A stretch of DNA of 64,000 nucleotides from Antedon mediterranea (taxonomy: Eukaryota; Animalia; Echinodermata): positions 37,188,388 through 37,252,387 of the forward strand of contig NC_092670.1 of assembly GCF_964355755.1 (NCBI RefSeq), written 5' to 3'. The notes under the pieces were generated by a model. It was given only the letters and a program-made list of their open reading frames with translations, was not told where the DNA came from and did no database searches. The translations under genes and the position numbers were made by a program. Shown piece by piece: positions 12,762-26,854 of this stretch. Positions within the stretch are counted from its first letter, which is position 1. Every line of letters begins with the position of its first letter.

Positions 12762-14174
12762 TCTATATTATAAGTGAGAGTGTTTGTCTGTTTGTCTGTT
12801 TGTTCGTTATACAAAATTTTGTTACTGCACATAATCTTACATATGGGGTATCAAAATGACCGCTATTGTACCGGGGATGTTCTAAGCTATATTTCAACAT
12901 CATCCGCCACCTAGGATCCAAGTTAGGGACCAAAATGTGGTCAAAACCCCCACTTTCGATGTTTGTTCGTTATACAAATTTCTGTTTCTGCACGTAACCA
13001 TACGTATGGGGTATCAAAATGATGGCAATTGTACCCGGAAGGTTTTAAACTACATTAAAAAAAATTCCCCCGACTCCTGGGGTTTTTGTGGGAGAGGTGG
13101 GGGCGGGGGGTGGTTTGTGATGTCACATTTTTGCTAGGGCTCAGGGTTGTAGGCTATCGCATTGTAAAATATATACTACAAAAGTTTGACAGTATTTGAA
13201 TTATCCTCAGCAAGGCGTTTGGGGAAATATAGATATAGATATACATATTTTATTCATTAACCAATATGACACCTATTCAATTACACATTTAGCAAAGTAC
13301 TTTAACCATATCCAGCTATGTATCGGTCTCTTGGATTGTCTCATTACAGACATCCATTCCTGTGTGAACATACACACGCTGTTTACCGTTACTGTGTTCA
13401 ACTACATCACGATGCCTCCAAGGAAAAAACGTCCATTGTGAGAGAGTGGGGTTGGGAGTTGTGGTTCAGGGGATAGTGGGGATTTTGCTTACACCAGAAT
13501 TGTGTTTGAAAAATGTTAAAGTATTTAATTATTCCTGGGAAGCGGCTGGGAGTTTGGGGTGGGAATGTAGGCCTATCACCATGACCGAAACTGTATTTGG
13601 AATGTTTTAAACTACATTTAAAAACTGCCACTGAGGGATTATGGGTTGGGAGTGATAACAACATAATTTGTACTGGGGTGTAGTGTAGTAGGGGGAGGAG
13701 GAGCGAAAATACTAGCGTAATGAAGTAGCCTATATGATTGGATTGTACTAGGAAAAGTTACTCAATTTGAACTGTCCAGGGGAGTACTCAATTTGAACTG
13801 TCCAGGGGAGGAGTTAAGGTTTGTTGATGGTGGCTGGGGTGGTGAAAGGAGAAAAAAGGCTGGGGGACCGCAGTATCTAAATTACATATTTTAATTATCA
13901 GCCAATATGACACCTCTTCATTTACACAATTTACAACGTACTTCAACCATTATTAAACCCATCGTAGCTATGCATACGCCTCTCAATTCGAAGCTTAGGT
14001 TGAATTGAATTTTGTCCATCACTGGGAAGAATTTGTTTTTAAGAAAGAGTATGGGGTGTTATTGAAGAGGGGTGGAGGTTGGCGAGTATAGACAGATACT
14101 GGCGTCGGGTGTTATGTACTGAGAAGGCTGTAAACTAATTTTGAAACCCGCCCTGGGGCGGGTATAATTGCTAG
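12762..14174 (+). mobile_element. Non-autonomous Helitron
   Basis: A|TCTATATTATAAGTGAGAGTGTTTGTCTGTTTGTC 5' end; 3' hairpin ACCCGCCC-TG-GGGCGGGT then CTAG|T; no TSD; internal duplications. Confidence 0.85.
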
Positions 14175-14724
14175 TATAATATATATCACAATTAGCATGA
14201 GCGATGCATGATGGGAGTGAATTGGGAGAAATAGCGCCACCAGTATAATAACAACTTTATATACTGGCGGTGGCACTATTTCTCCCAGTTCTTTTCCATC
14301 ATGCATTTGTGATAAACCTTATTGCAAAAAATACCATCACCAAATATCACCATAGCAATAACATTGAGGATTGTTTGTTAAATAAAAGGTTTTAAAACGT
14401 TTGCCTTTTTCAAATGTTTGCTTTATTGAATATTGTAAAAAACAAATTGATATTTAAATGATTTGTGATATAAAATGCAATAATTTGTAAAACAAACTGA
14501 GATTCACTGATTAGATATTGATATTGGCTGTGCTAAGATTGTGACAACTTACCTGGATAAACTTACATTAGACCTTATCCTCTTGAGAGGATTATTCATC
14601 GATTTGTCACTGTATAATATGATAACAATATTTCCATTGCAGTATAGAAAATATTAAATGTTAATGACAGTTGTTTTAGTTTATTAATTTAGTTTACTTG
14701 TTGGATCCTATTTGCTCTTTATAA

Positions 14725-14847
14725 AGCTCTGTCTACATTATCACATTTTATGCAACACAAAAATGTGATGATGTCACATCACTACCATATTTGAACATCA
14801 CTACCATATTTGGGCATATTAACTAGTTTGATATTGTAGACAGAGCT
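14725..14847 (-). mobile_element. MITE family A
   Basis: Both TIRs present; TAA TSD. Confidence 0.85.
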
Positions 14848-15021
14848 TAAAGAAAGAACAAATCAGCTTGAATATTGTTGACATGCAGGATGCCATTCTA
14901 CCGCGTTTCAGAGTACAGTCATAGGCTTTTGACAAGCTGTGGCAAACTGTTATTAACACATTGCAAGATCACAGTCTTCCATTATGAAGCAGAAACCTGA
15001 CCGTGGCAATCATACGACGTT

Positions 15022-15158
15022 GCACTGTCTACACTATCAAACTAGTGTGATGTGCCCAAATATGGTAGTGATATGCACAAATATGATAGTGATATGACAT
15101 CCATTTATGGGCACATCACATTTGTTGTCATATAAAGTTTGATAGTGGAGACAGAGCT
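15022..15158 (+). mobile_element. MITE family A
   Basis: CTGTCTACACTATCAAACT...AGTTTGATAGTGGAGACAGAGCT. Confidence 0.83.
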
Positions 15159-16985
15159 TCAGATTTTAAAGGTCTCTACTTGACAGACTGTAGGTTGCCA
15201 GTCTTCCCTAAGCAGAATAATATTATGTGAGGTAGCTAAACTTGGCAATGAAAGAGTATAGAGTACTAGTATGCGTTTTGCCCATGAGAGGTCAATTTTG
15301 CAAGACTGAGAAAGAATATTGACTGCTGAATCAGTTTCCTTGTAATCTTTTTCAAATAATTAATTTGCTTGACTTTATAATAGTCGTTATTGTATTCTTC
15401 AGTAACTTGAACTAGTAAAACTAACAAAGTAGGTAAAATTATGCAAAACCCTTAAAAAGTTATATGTTTCACTAAAAACTTTAGTTTTTTCATTACTTTG
15501 TAAAAGAGTTTATCATTATTTATTTGTATAGAGGAATCGTTTGTTTGTATTGTACTTGTTTTAATGTTAAAGGTGTTTCCTTAACAAAAAGTATTAATGG
15601 GGAATATGGTCACTTGACCATCCCTACTGGTATAAACTACTAAACACACTTTTCAATACAGTCATACAGAATAATTCCAAAATAGTACTCTATGCCCTTG
15701 TATGAACTCTGTATGAGTTTGTTCAACTGAAGCTGAATAAGAATTTGTAGGTCATAATACTACAGTAGAATTGGATAGAGTCAATGTATAGTTTATCCAG
15801 AGATGTTGTTCTATTAAGTCTAGTTGATTTGATATTTTATAATCAGCTTAGCCTATCCTGAGGTTGATTAATTTTGTTAACTAGTCGCTGCATCATTCTA
15901 ACCCACAAGCCCATAGCCAGGATTTTTACAAGGGTTGTTTTTTCCACAAAAGGACAAACATCTTCCATGAGCTAGGCTAATTATACCTACTTTACCATCG
16001 CTTTTACTGCTGGTCTCCAGTTTGAATGAAAAGAGCACTTCTTCTTCTTCCATTTAGGAGCAAACTTAGCCCGAACAAAATTACAAAATTTGATCAACCA
16101 GGACTGGAGTTGACCATGTGGTGTTATATAATATATACCTTTGAACTCCCTGACTATTATGGACTTACTGTAAGCCAACTGTAACTTTGCTAGTCCGAAC
16201 AAAACTGCACTTACAAAATATTCAAAGAAAATTTTATTCTCATCCGTTTCTGGAAATTCCATTGCTTGCATTAAAAATTACAGAACAACAATTGAAACTG
16301 CATTAGTTACAATAAACATATTTGATTTGACATACCAACTATGAGTTGACCATGTGGTGAAATGTGCCTAGATTATTTGTCATCACACTTGAAATAAGGA
16401 AGATATGAATTTGGAATTACCTCAAAGCAGTTTGTCAAGATTCAAGATTCAAACTGTATTCTTATCCATTTCTGGAAATTCCATTAAATTACAAAATAAC
16501 AATTAAAATTACATTACAAAAAAAAACATACTCGACATATATAAACAATAAAAATAACTATTTACAGTATATTTCACCTATAATTTTCATCGTTTGTAAT
16601 TTTTGTTAAAAAGAAAAGAACATTGTATGTGGTGCAAGCACTAAATCTAACTTATTACTCTATTCTTAAATTGTTTTGTACTGGCTCAAGGCTAATCAAC
16701 CATGTATTAATGAACACAAGAAGTAGTGAAAATAATTAACACACCTGTACTGTGTCATTTTGATTGGTATCCGCTATATCAGAGGTGTTAAAATATAGGC
16801 TTGGAATGAAATGTGATAGATGTACAGTACTGTACATGTACTTCACCTTGGCTGGAATTTATCTGTTAGCTATTCCTCCATGGTTTAAGTGGAAAACTTT
16901 ATTTTATCAAACCAGTTCTTTTTAATCTTAAAAATAATAGAATAAACATCAAACATTTAAGAAAGATTTAATCTAAAAATCTATT

Positions 16986-17120
16986 GATGATGATGATTAC
17001 TGCCTCTCCGCTGAAAAGTCTGCCGGCATTTCCGCTTGGGCTGCTCCGTGTATCTCTTTTTTACCAGTTTCTTCCAATCGGATCTTTCATTGGCTAGTTG
17101 TTTAAGTTGCTTAGGTTATT
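16986..17120 (-). mobile_element. Short 3' fragment of an RTE-type LINE
   Basis: Minus frame PKQLKQLANERSDWKKLVK (A.DR..W..LV C-terminal motif) followed by an (ATC)n tail. Confidence 0.6.
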
Positions 17121-18117
17121 TTGAAAATGGACTGAAAGCAAAATACTTGACTTTGTGACACTCTACAGTTTAGATAATTCGGTGCAATCTTCAATACAGT
17201 ACTGCCAGAAGTGGAAGGTACCATTCTGGCTAAATGAAGCAATTGTGAATCAGGTGACATGTTTTAAGAGGTCTAACAATTCACATTACTAGCACTCCTA
17301 ATCACACGCTGTGATGACATTACAACCATATCTGAATGTGGTACAGTATATGGCCCCCAGAAACTTAGTTATATGGTTTTAACATTAGTCACTCCTGGAT
17401 CAAAATACTCAGTTGGCAAGTTTGGTTGATTCGTAGGTGATGTAAGTAGGTTATCAGTGCTTCAGATCAACACCCTACCATTCCCCATGGAATGTGATAA
17501 ACTACATCAGTAATGCACTATTCAATTCAAGTTGTCAGGAAGAAGGGGGCTTCGGCAATGCGTTATTATAAATGCTCTCAATCTTATATATTATCAGCAA
17601 TAGTGCTGTTACTATACACATGTGTGGGCACTAATTTCTTATTACTGTAGCGCCCTTAAAAGCCGCAGAGATGTTTCCAATATATCGGGGGCAAAGGTGG
17701 CCCTAAAAAACAAGTTTCTATAACTTTAGTTTCTATACTAACAGTTAACACGTCAGTTTTAATTTAAATGTATATGTTGTTTATTAAATTGTTTTGAACA
17801 ATAAAAAACATTGTTGCAATGCTTTTTTATAGTGTGAAGCTTACACAAGCAAGCGTCGTTATTCTTTGGGAGCAAAGGTTTCACAATTATCAACTTTATG
17901 TGGTTTGTGCTATACAGGTTGCTCTATTTTACCAGTTGATTTTAATTAGCTTAGAATAGCAATCAAAGAGCGACTGTACACTAGTTTACAATTCACATTT
18001 CGTTTTCAGAATATTTCTACTTAAAAAAGAAAGAGATTTTCCTATCAAAAATATGTGGGAAAGGGGGGTGGGTTGTTGATAGGATTAGTTTGACACCATA
18101 TTAAGAATACAGTGTAA

Positions 18118-18598
18118 GGCTACGTTCAGACACATGGCGTTGACCGTTTTAGCGTACAACGTTACTAGCAAGGTCACATTACAATCCGCAGAGAAGAAAA
18201 TGAGGTGTTCAGACCCATAGCGTACGATTATCGTTACAACGGAAGTGCGTCATTCAAGTTGTTTCTGGTTGCATATTCATGTGCTCTTTACCCACATGTT
18301 TTCATCATTATTTCCACTGTATATAGGCCTAGATTACTGAGAGGGCAACCCTTCTAAAAGAAAACGAAATAAATAAATAAATCTCAGCCCTACAATTATG
18401 ACAAATTTTGCCGTAAATAAAACATACCTCAGCATTTATTTAAGAAAAATATAGTAAAGCCAAATTTCTGTTTCTATTATTTTTATGTTGTAATAAAAAA
18501 CATTTTCCCCAGGCTCTTGTGTTTCGAAAATAAAGCATGCTTCATTCTTTTAGCATCGTACACTAAAACGGTCTAACGCCATGAGTCTGAACAGGTCC
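18118..18598. mobile_element. PIF/Harbinger-like MITE
   Basis: TAA|GGCTACGTTCAGACACATGGCGTTGACCGTTTTAG ... CTAAAACGGTCTAACGCCATGAGTCTGAACAGGTCC|TAA. Confidence 0.82.
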
Positions 18599-18795
18599 TA
18601 AGTAAATTTCATCAATATCAATAATTGTTTTGCAATATTTCTGATCAATTTGTTGTGGTATGTGAAATGATAGTTTCATGTTTCAACTACAGTGTACTTC
18701 TGTTATAACAGTAAGATGCTACCCTTATGACATCTCAATAGGAGACTAATGTAGAACACAAATCTAGCACACTAATCTTATGGAAAACACTGTTA

Positions 18796-18907
18796 AGCTC
18801 TGTCTATGGTAGTGACATGATTAAATATGGTAGTGATATGCCATCATCATGTATATGGGCGCATCACATTTTTTTGTCACATAAAGTTTGATAGTGTAGA
18901 CAGAGCT
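18796..18907 (+). mobile_element. MITE family A (internally deleted)
   Basis: TIR ends present; TTA TSD. Confidence 0.83.
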
Positions 18908-19549
18908 TTACTTGAAAGGTGTGTACAGTAAATTACATATGACAATTTATTTTTAATTACTGTATGAACTATCACACTAATTCTCTAAAAGGTCTACTAC
19001 TGTGTGTTTGAATTAATTTATAAGGAAATTCAGGTCTATTTCTTTCCCATTTTCAGCCCCATTAAACTTGGCTTAATTTCATGCTCATAGAGGTACAGTA
19101 GGTTTAAATTCAAATTAGATCGACAAGTCTTCAATATTTACAGGAACTATAGGAACATTTCATTTAGGACCACGTTATATCTTAGATATTCTTTCAGACA
19201 GACTTTCTCAACATTTTAACACAAGAAAGCCTGGTAATACGAGTCCTGACTACTAGAAATTCTGTGACATTCCCTGGCTTTTTTTCTTTCAAATGTTTTA
19301 GCAGATCATGAACGAAAACTGAACCCAAAATATCCTCGAGCTACTCAAGTCCATTGCATTATTCCTTTCACGAAAGCCTGGTAAAACGAGTCTAGACTAC
19401 TTAGTGACATCCTTTTTTTCATTTAAATTTTACCAGCATGGACAAAGACTGAACCCAACAACTCTATCGCATTATTCATTATTCACAATATTTACAGGAA
19501 CTAAAAGAAGATTTTGTGATCACATTGTATCGCAAATAGTCTCACTCAC

Positions 19550-19795
19550 TCCATGGTTCTGGTTCTGGTGGTAGAACGAGTCTTCTCGGATAAGGACTAT
19601 AAACCGTAGGTCCAGTGTACACATTTAGCTCGTGTGCACTTTAAAGAACCTAGTACATCTTTCGAGACGAGTAGGGGGTTACCCCGGTGTATTAGTACAT
19701 CACAGCCACTGATCACCAACTGGGCCCTCTGGGAGACCAGTCTTTGACTGAAGAGGTTACCCAGTATAAATATAAATTTCAATCAATCAATCAAT
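19550..19795 (+). mobile_element. 5'-truncated Deu-domain SINE
   Basis: GTCTTCTCGGATAAGGACTATAAACCGTAGGTCC...TAAAGAACC...GAGTAGGGGGTTACCCCGGTG (Deu/AmnSINE-like core); (CAAT)n tail; sits inside a degenerate local duplication (19135-19950). Confidence 0.75.
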
Positions 19796-21302
19796 TTAAG
19801 ACAGACTTTGTGAAGCTTTGAACACAAGAAAGCCTGGTGAAATGAGTCTAGACTACTTAATAGTGACATCCTTTTTTTCATTCAAATTTTACCAGTATGG
19901 ATGAAGACTGAACCCAACATCATTATCCTTAACTTCATTGCATGTTATTCACCTTACTTCTTATCTATTATTAATTTTAATTTCATATCATACCAGATAT
20001 AGTGTGAAAACACCTGTACATCCACTCACATAGTCCAGCCTAGTTTTTGCAAGCACACTGCTTCTCAGTGTGAACTGCATTATCTTCCCTGTTTGAAATC
20101 TCCTGAGATTCTTATTTTTCCAGCATATTAAATATCCTGTTTGGTTACCTTTGCCATTTGATGGTAAATACCAACCTTTGTCTAATGGATAAATATATTG
20201 CTATTACTATTTAAAGTACTGAACAGTAACGATTGTCATTTTTAAATCTTGTATATTGTTTTCATCAACAATATAATAATAGTATTATTAGTGTGCAATT
20301 AATTTAATATTTAATAAAATACAGTGCATGACATATATATAGAGAAAAATTTGAATACAAAGTATCTTAACAGTAATATATAGTCCACTGTCATGAAACT
20401 GAACATCTTGAAAACCCAGGAAAAAATCTCCAAATCAGAAATTGTTTTTTTAATCTATAAAAGATACCAATTTCGGCATTTTCAAAGGTCATTCAAAAAG
20501 TAGATTCTTCTAACATCCTAGTGAACATAAATCAGCTGGTTAAAACTCCTCATTACAATACCTAGTCTAATGTTCAGATTATAGCAAGAAGTATTAAAAT
20601 AGAAACATTTGTTCAGTTCCATCTATACTATCAATTTCATTTGTGAAGTATTGAAATAAATCTTTATTCTGTGCAGTGGGTATTTTTTAGATTACTAGAT
20701 GACATAAATGCACTTTCAATTCCTAAGCTTAACCCTATCATTGTGTCTTCCATACATACAAGCCCTAAATCATAAGTTGAGTTGTTCCTTGTCATAAAAT
20801 CTCCAGATTATATGAACTGTTCCAGAGCATTTCAAATTCAATCTAATAAGAAATGTCAAATAAAATTTACATTATTGTAAATTTGTATGAAATTCTTGAT
20901 TTTTCTGTTGCTTGCATGTATAAATGGGCTATAAAAACATTATCTCTGCGATGCAATTTATTATCATCGACATTGGATAGTAACATTTTCAGGAAAATTT
21001 GTTTTATATAAGTATTTATTTTGGTTTGTATTCCTATTACAGTTACTTACACAACTTTTTGTTTCACAATTTATTTATTTATGCTGTGAATATTTTAAAC
21101 TAGGAATTTATGATGATATCTGCTGGTGGTACCATATTTTTATCAACTGATATTTTGCTAGTTAGATGCTAGTTTGGTACAAGATGGCCGCCAGGCTTGT
21201 TCGACAATGTTTTAACAGTTTATAACATTTAATACTATTTTGTACAAAATATGCAAAAACACAAGACAAATATTTAGTTTAAATGTATAATATATATATA
21301 TT

Positions 21303-21641
21303 TTAGATGTTCCGCTGTACCACGCTGAGAATGTTATCCAATCGAATGTTAACAATACCATGAAAGCCCCAGTGGTCTAATGGTTAGGACATCTGCATAT
21401 CAAGCAAAAGGTTCCGGGTTTGAGTCTCGGGTGGGCCAACTTTTTCTCATTCTCACAGATTTCCTCAATACATGTCCGTGGTGATTACGCTTTCTCGGCT
21501 CTTACAGTAGCACCCCGGTGCTCCGAAGAATCAATGCGCAGCGTGGTGATATTGCCGTGTCTGATTGGTTGATTTACGGCTGCCATATTAGAAAGAAGTA
21601 GCTTTCCCACATATGGAGTTAACGATCTAGCCTTCGGCTTT
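21303..21641 (+). mobile_element. Small repeat element carrying a tRNA-like segment (21366-21437); possibly Helentron/HINE-like
   Basis: A box TGGTCTAATGG and B box GGTTTGAGTC; ends TAGATGTT.../AACGATCTA followed by hairpin AGCC-TTC-GGCT; internal CCACGCTG/CAGCGTGG inverted pair. Confidence 0.55.
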
Positions 21642-22789
21642 CTTACTGTACAGGTCTACAGTGTGGGTAAATCAGACAAAATATAAAATGGAACCCAAGT
21701 TTACCTTCCCAGTGTTGTGACCAAACATTATGACTAAGCTACAGACTTCTTATTGACTGAGCTACTGTAGCTAAGCACAAGACCTAAAGTATAATATTGA
21801 CTGAGCCACTCAGACCATCTACAGTACAGTGGTATGCAAGCTAGCTATTGATAAGCCCTATGACCTCACCAGGAATCTGCTTCCATTTGTTTTCAGGTCA
21901 AGGTTATTGGCTGTTGTAGGTTGTCTTGTGTGTGTGTTGCATAACATAACATTCAGAGCTGTGTAACTGCAAAGGCCGAGGCATACCAATCTTGTATCCT
22001 GCCTGCGTTATCAACATAAATACTTCGTTCCTTTCTCCAAGCCTGAAGATATACAAACTCTTCAAATCTGGAACATAATTTTACACTAAGGAATATTGCA
22101 TGTACCATTCATGGAATAACATTTTACTGAGTAAGTAGCTACCAAGGTTAAAATGTCAGTATAGTAATTCATATCATATTAATTCCTTATAAATATGCAT
22201 TACATTACAGTATATATCATAAAGGTCAATATTATTTTTAAAAGCTTTTATTTATTTCATCCAAAATACTATATTATCCTACAGTATTCAATCGGATATG
22301 AGTGCGTAATTATCATGATGCTGATTTTATCTTTGCGTATTAATTTTACATTTAAAGGTGGTACTAGTATTGAAATATCAGTGTAATCATTGCAAAGCCA
22401 TTAACTATTATTAAAGAGCTAAACAACTTTCAATTGTCCATTATTATTTTTATGATGAATATAGAATTATAATGGATTTGTTATTGTATAACAATGTTGC
22501 TAAAATTTCCCCAAAAACAGGTGAATATGAACACATTGTGTATCACAACAACATACAGTACTATAGTGTAGTGTTGGCATACTGTATAGACTATAGTACT
22601 GTATGGTTGTTTGGTGTAGGCCAAAATTAAAGCAAATATCCTCCCTAAGAAGTCTTGTCACTTTTTGACACTCTCGACGGCCATTCCTGTATTAAAACCA
22701 CCTCACCACCTCTTTAGTTCGACAACCAGTGGGAACTATAGACTATAGTTTACTATGCGTGGTAAATTAAATTGTGCATAATGATATAA

Positions 22790-23066
22790 TAAGATAATAA
22801 TGGATTTATGTAACGCCTAATGTTGTGAAACACTATTGCCCCAGTCATTTTTTTAAATCAAACACGTACTCCCATAATGCAGCTAGTAATCAGCGCAAAG
22901 TTGTGTTTCTTCTAACCGGGTTCCCATTTATACACCTGGGTGGAGAGAAGCAAATGTAAGTAAAGTATCTTGCATAAGGATATAAGAAATGCGGCGAGAA
23001 TTGGATACGAACCTTGATCTCACGATAAGTAGTCGAACGTCCAACATACTTTGCCACACACCCTCC
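22790..23066 (-). mobile_element. CORE-type tRNA-derived SINE
   Basis: CCCATTTATACACCTGGGTGGAGAGAAGCAAATGTAAGTAAAGTATCTTGC is the reverse of the CORE domain; degenerate tRNA head at the right, (TTA)-rich tail at the left. Confidence 0.75.
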
Positions 23067-24330
23067 TGTCTTGTATGCATACAGTACTAGCGTGTACTGT
23101 ACGTAGGCCAGCTTGTATAACAGTACTATAGGTCAGCTTATACGTAGGCCAGCCTAGGCTACAGTAGCTTGTAATTTAGTCAATGTAAATATTAAGTGAA
23201 CTGTACAGTCCGAACCAATAGATTTTCTACGTGTTTAAAATATCTTTTAAAATAAAACAAATTCATTTATGGTTCATTTTGTTTTCAAAATTGCAGACAG
23301 AAATTCTCTTGTATGAATGAAACACATTTTTTATGACAATAAGATATTTATTCATAAACGTAACTGCATCATAAAGATCAGTTGTTTTATTCAGCATCAT
23401 GTCATACAAAGATCATCTGCTTCGTTTGTTTCGTTGTAAAGTGGTAGATTTTCTCAATGTCTCTACATGTAGCTTGTGAAGTGCTGCGCTTATTCATGCA
23501 TGAAGTATTTTTGTACGTGTTCGCTGAAGTGTGACGACACATCAACTGTGGACTTTATTATGGGAGCTACCGTAGTTTGTATTAGCAGTCTAGTGTACAT
23601 GTATGGGTTCCATATTTATATAATAATCTGTAGTCTGTACAGCATGCAGTGTTTTTTTCATTGCTTTGTTTTATATGTATACATGGATTATAATACTAAA
23701 CTAAAGAGCAGCAGTAATACACCTTCATAATGTAAGTCATCGTTTTAAATATTTGGCTGTGCTTGTGTTTTTTAATCATGACAATAGTGGGGTATGTTGG
23801 TTCTCCAACTGCCCTACCCTCAACTAGAATATACTATGCTATACTAGCATTTATTTTATTTAGAAATTTGTCTTCTGTTAACAATGTGTATTTTCTGGAG
23901 GTATAAAATGAAATAATTATTTCCACTTTCTAAGCACTATTATAAACCTTAGGATTTTCATTATTATTTTTATTTAAATGCAAACAATACTGCATGGTAT
24001 TTCTATTTTACTATAATGTTCCTATTAGGTGCCATATTTCCTGTGAATTCTTGTTCAAAGTCATGTTGAGGTTTTTGATGTTTAAGCTGGATATGTTTGG
24101 ATTTAAAATAGGTAATTGGTGTCTGGGTTTATATCATGAACCCTGACCCCAATTATCACTGGTAATGTTATTAATGTTCTCTGTCTCAACAAGAACTAGA
24201 TACTTTGTAAAGAATGAAGGAAGGTCCACCAATAAAAGACACAGTAAGAATAGATACTCTGCACGGAAGATAATGTTGAATAAAATATTTGCATCATGTT
24301 TTATATGTACGTTTTGTATGTTTTACTTCA

Positions 24331-24598
24331 AGCCTGGTTTCCATTAAAATCGCTACAGCGTTTCCATTAAAATCGCTACACGCGCAGATGTCGCCGACGC
24401 AATCGGGAAGGCTCCCCGATTCATTGCAGTCAAATCGGCAAAGTTCAACCATGTTCAACTTTGCCGATTGTGTCGGCGATGAATCGTATACACGTACCAA
24501 AGAATATTTAGCGCTCGCGTACTAGATCCCCGATAAATTCTAGCGTTTCCATAGAATCGCTATGCTCTGTCGTGTAGCGATTTTATGGAAACCAGGCT
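24331..24598. mobile_element. PIF/Harbinger-like MITE
   Basis: TIRs AGCCTGGTTTCCAT.AAAATCGCTACA / TGTAGCGATTTTATGGAAACCAGGCT; TCA/TTA flanks. Confidence 0.82.
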
Positions 24599-25044
24599 TT
24601 AGAGGTACTGTATACAGTTACAGTACCTAGGCCTAATGTATCATTATTTGAGTGGTGTCTGTACTTGCTGTGCATTTTGAACATTGGTCCATTAACAGAG
24701 GTACTGTATATGGTAGGCCTAATGTGTTCTCAATAGAAGTCAATTTGTTATTGATTACTTTAGAGAGATTCCTAAAGCCATTTTTGATCAGTACAGTAGA
24801 ATGTTCACATTGGTGCTAACATTTTTTTCATTTATAGGTAGAATCCCTATTAAGAAGTGTCCCCTTAATAGAGAGATGTCCCATAATGTAAGCAATGTTA
24901 ATGTAGTTGGCTGTATTTTCAAAACATATTGATCCTTGTTCATTTCATGGAAAAGTGTCCCCTAATAGAGTTTCCTGTAGGTTTCGTTTATTGAATCAAT
25001 GTTGCCAGCTTTTTCATAACTTTGCCGCAGTTGCTTCGAATAGG

Positions 25045-25520
25045 CAGAGATAAACAGATTACACCAAACACAATTATTAACTTTATATTGACTTTAGAGC
25101 AATAGAGCCAGGTAACACTCTAATTCAAACAATGGACACACCCCTCTATTCTACCAAATGATGCAATATAAAAAAGGGACCTGGGAAATAAATATCGGAT
25201 TTATTAGTGATTCCAAATGAGCAGTTATTTTTTTATTTTTTTTTAAAGTTTAGCAGAGAGATAATTGCTTACACCAGATTACACTATTTAATAACTTTAT
25301 AATGGACAAGTACCTGGAAAAGAAACAGATGATTTGCCAGTGATTCCAAGTGAAGAAGTTATTTTTAAATTTTTTTTAAGTTCAGAGAGATAATTGCTTA
25401 CACCAGATTACACTGTTATAACTTTATATAGACTAACACGAGGCACGCCACAATTCAAAACAATGGACACACCCCTCTACCAAATGATGCAATATAAAAA
25501 GGACCTGGGAGATAAATATC
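25045..25520. repeat. Degenerate local tandem duplication
   Basis: CAATGGACACACCC...CTACCAAATGATGCAATATAAAAA..GGACCTGGGA occurs twice; AGAGATAATTGCTTACACCAGATTACACT occurs twice. Confidence 0.8.
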
Positions 25521-26578
25521 TGTGACTGTTGTTGCAGTTAAAACTTAAAATAACATTTTCAGTCAATTGTGGTTATGTCACCACTGTGTTTATTGATTAT
25601 TGTCCTTGGACAAAAGGTATTGCAATTTGTAAATTACTATTGTGTGGACATTAATACTATGTTAGCAATAGCATTCCCCTGTTTAATTCCGCTCCTGAAT
25701 ATTAATATTATGCAATGCGTGAAATTTACCCTACAGTAGCAAACAAGCACATTTAAATACTGTAAGTTCTTTATTAATTGCTAATGCTAGTTAAACATTT
25801 CAAAACTAGTTAAAGTTTGCTGGTTGTATTTTTTGAATATTGTTTAGTCTGTTAACAGTACGTAGCAAAGATACTGTACTTGAGTTTGATCTGACAATTT
25901 CTGTAACAGTATTCAACTTTTTTCTAGTTACAGTACCTCATTCACAGTTGTCCATTCTGTAAATTATTGGTATATTTAACAATTTCAGCCAGTGGATAAA
26001 AAAGAAAAAAGCTATCCAGTTATGTTGTATTGTATAACAATATGTGAAATTATGCATTTGATGCTTATTTTCATTTAATCATTTTTTGTGTGTTAAATCC
26101 AAGAAAAATGAAATAAGCAAATTCTAATATTACTGTAGAAAGTCCAATAGATAACGGCCATTATTTTTCAACCTACGCTATTTTTTAAATGTTAATCTTC
26201 CACAATTCTTTATATAACCAATGTAATACTGTATGCATTGAAAATTATAATTTCGCACAGAGCATTTTTAATATTACTCTAATCTGTCATTTAGACTTCA
26301 ATATAAAATTTATCTTCAGTAAATGGTTTGTAGTGTTCTATGATGATTCGTTACAATGTAAACAGACTCCTAAAAATGAGATTGATAATGTCATTAGTTC
26401 CTACATTTCATATTTTACAAACGTTTGATTTCATCTTGAGATAAATCATCGTATCTTTCTTTATCACTGATTTATATTTTCGATTGATTACTTTTGTGTT
26501 TGAAAGGTAAATTGACTGACATGTTTTGTTATAGAGTGAATTGTAGTTGTCTTGGTTTTGATAGTCCTGCATTGTTAA

Positions 26579-26735
26579 AGCTCTGTCTGTACTACTGTAC
26601 TGTATGTAACAAAAAAATGCCCATACTGTATGGACATGGTGATGTCAAATCACTACGATATTTGGGCATATCTTACCATATTTCGGCACACCACACGTTT
26701 TTTTGTCTAACTAGTTTGATAAGGTAGACAAAGCT
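26579..26735 (-). mobile_element. MITE family A, old copy carrying footprint insertions
   Basis: Degenerate TIRs; CTGTA insertions relative to other copies. Confidence 0.78.
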
Positions 26736-26854
26736 TTAAACACTGATATTTGAAGTTACTGTACTTTGCTTATTACACAGGTACATTTGATTGTGGGCCA
26801 AGAACTGATTTCAATTGATACTGTATCGGCAATTTTATGAAATATTGTAATTTT

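Noticed and set aside
21366-21437. Functional tRNA gene
   Set aside because: Acceptor and anticodon stems are mismatched and the B box is degenerate; tRNA-derived repeat. The heads at 45923 and 56363 are likewise SINE heads.
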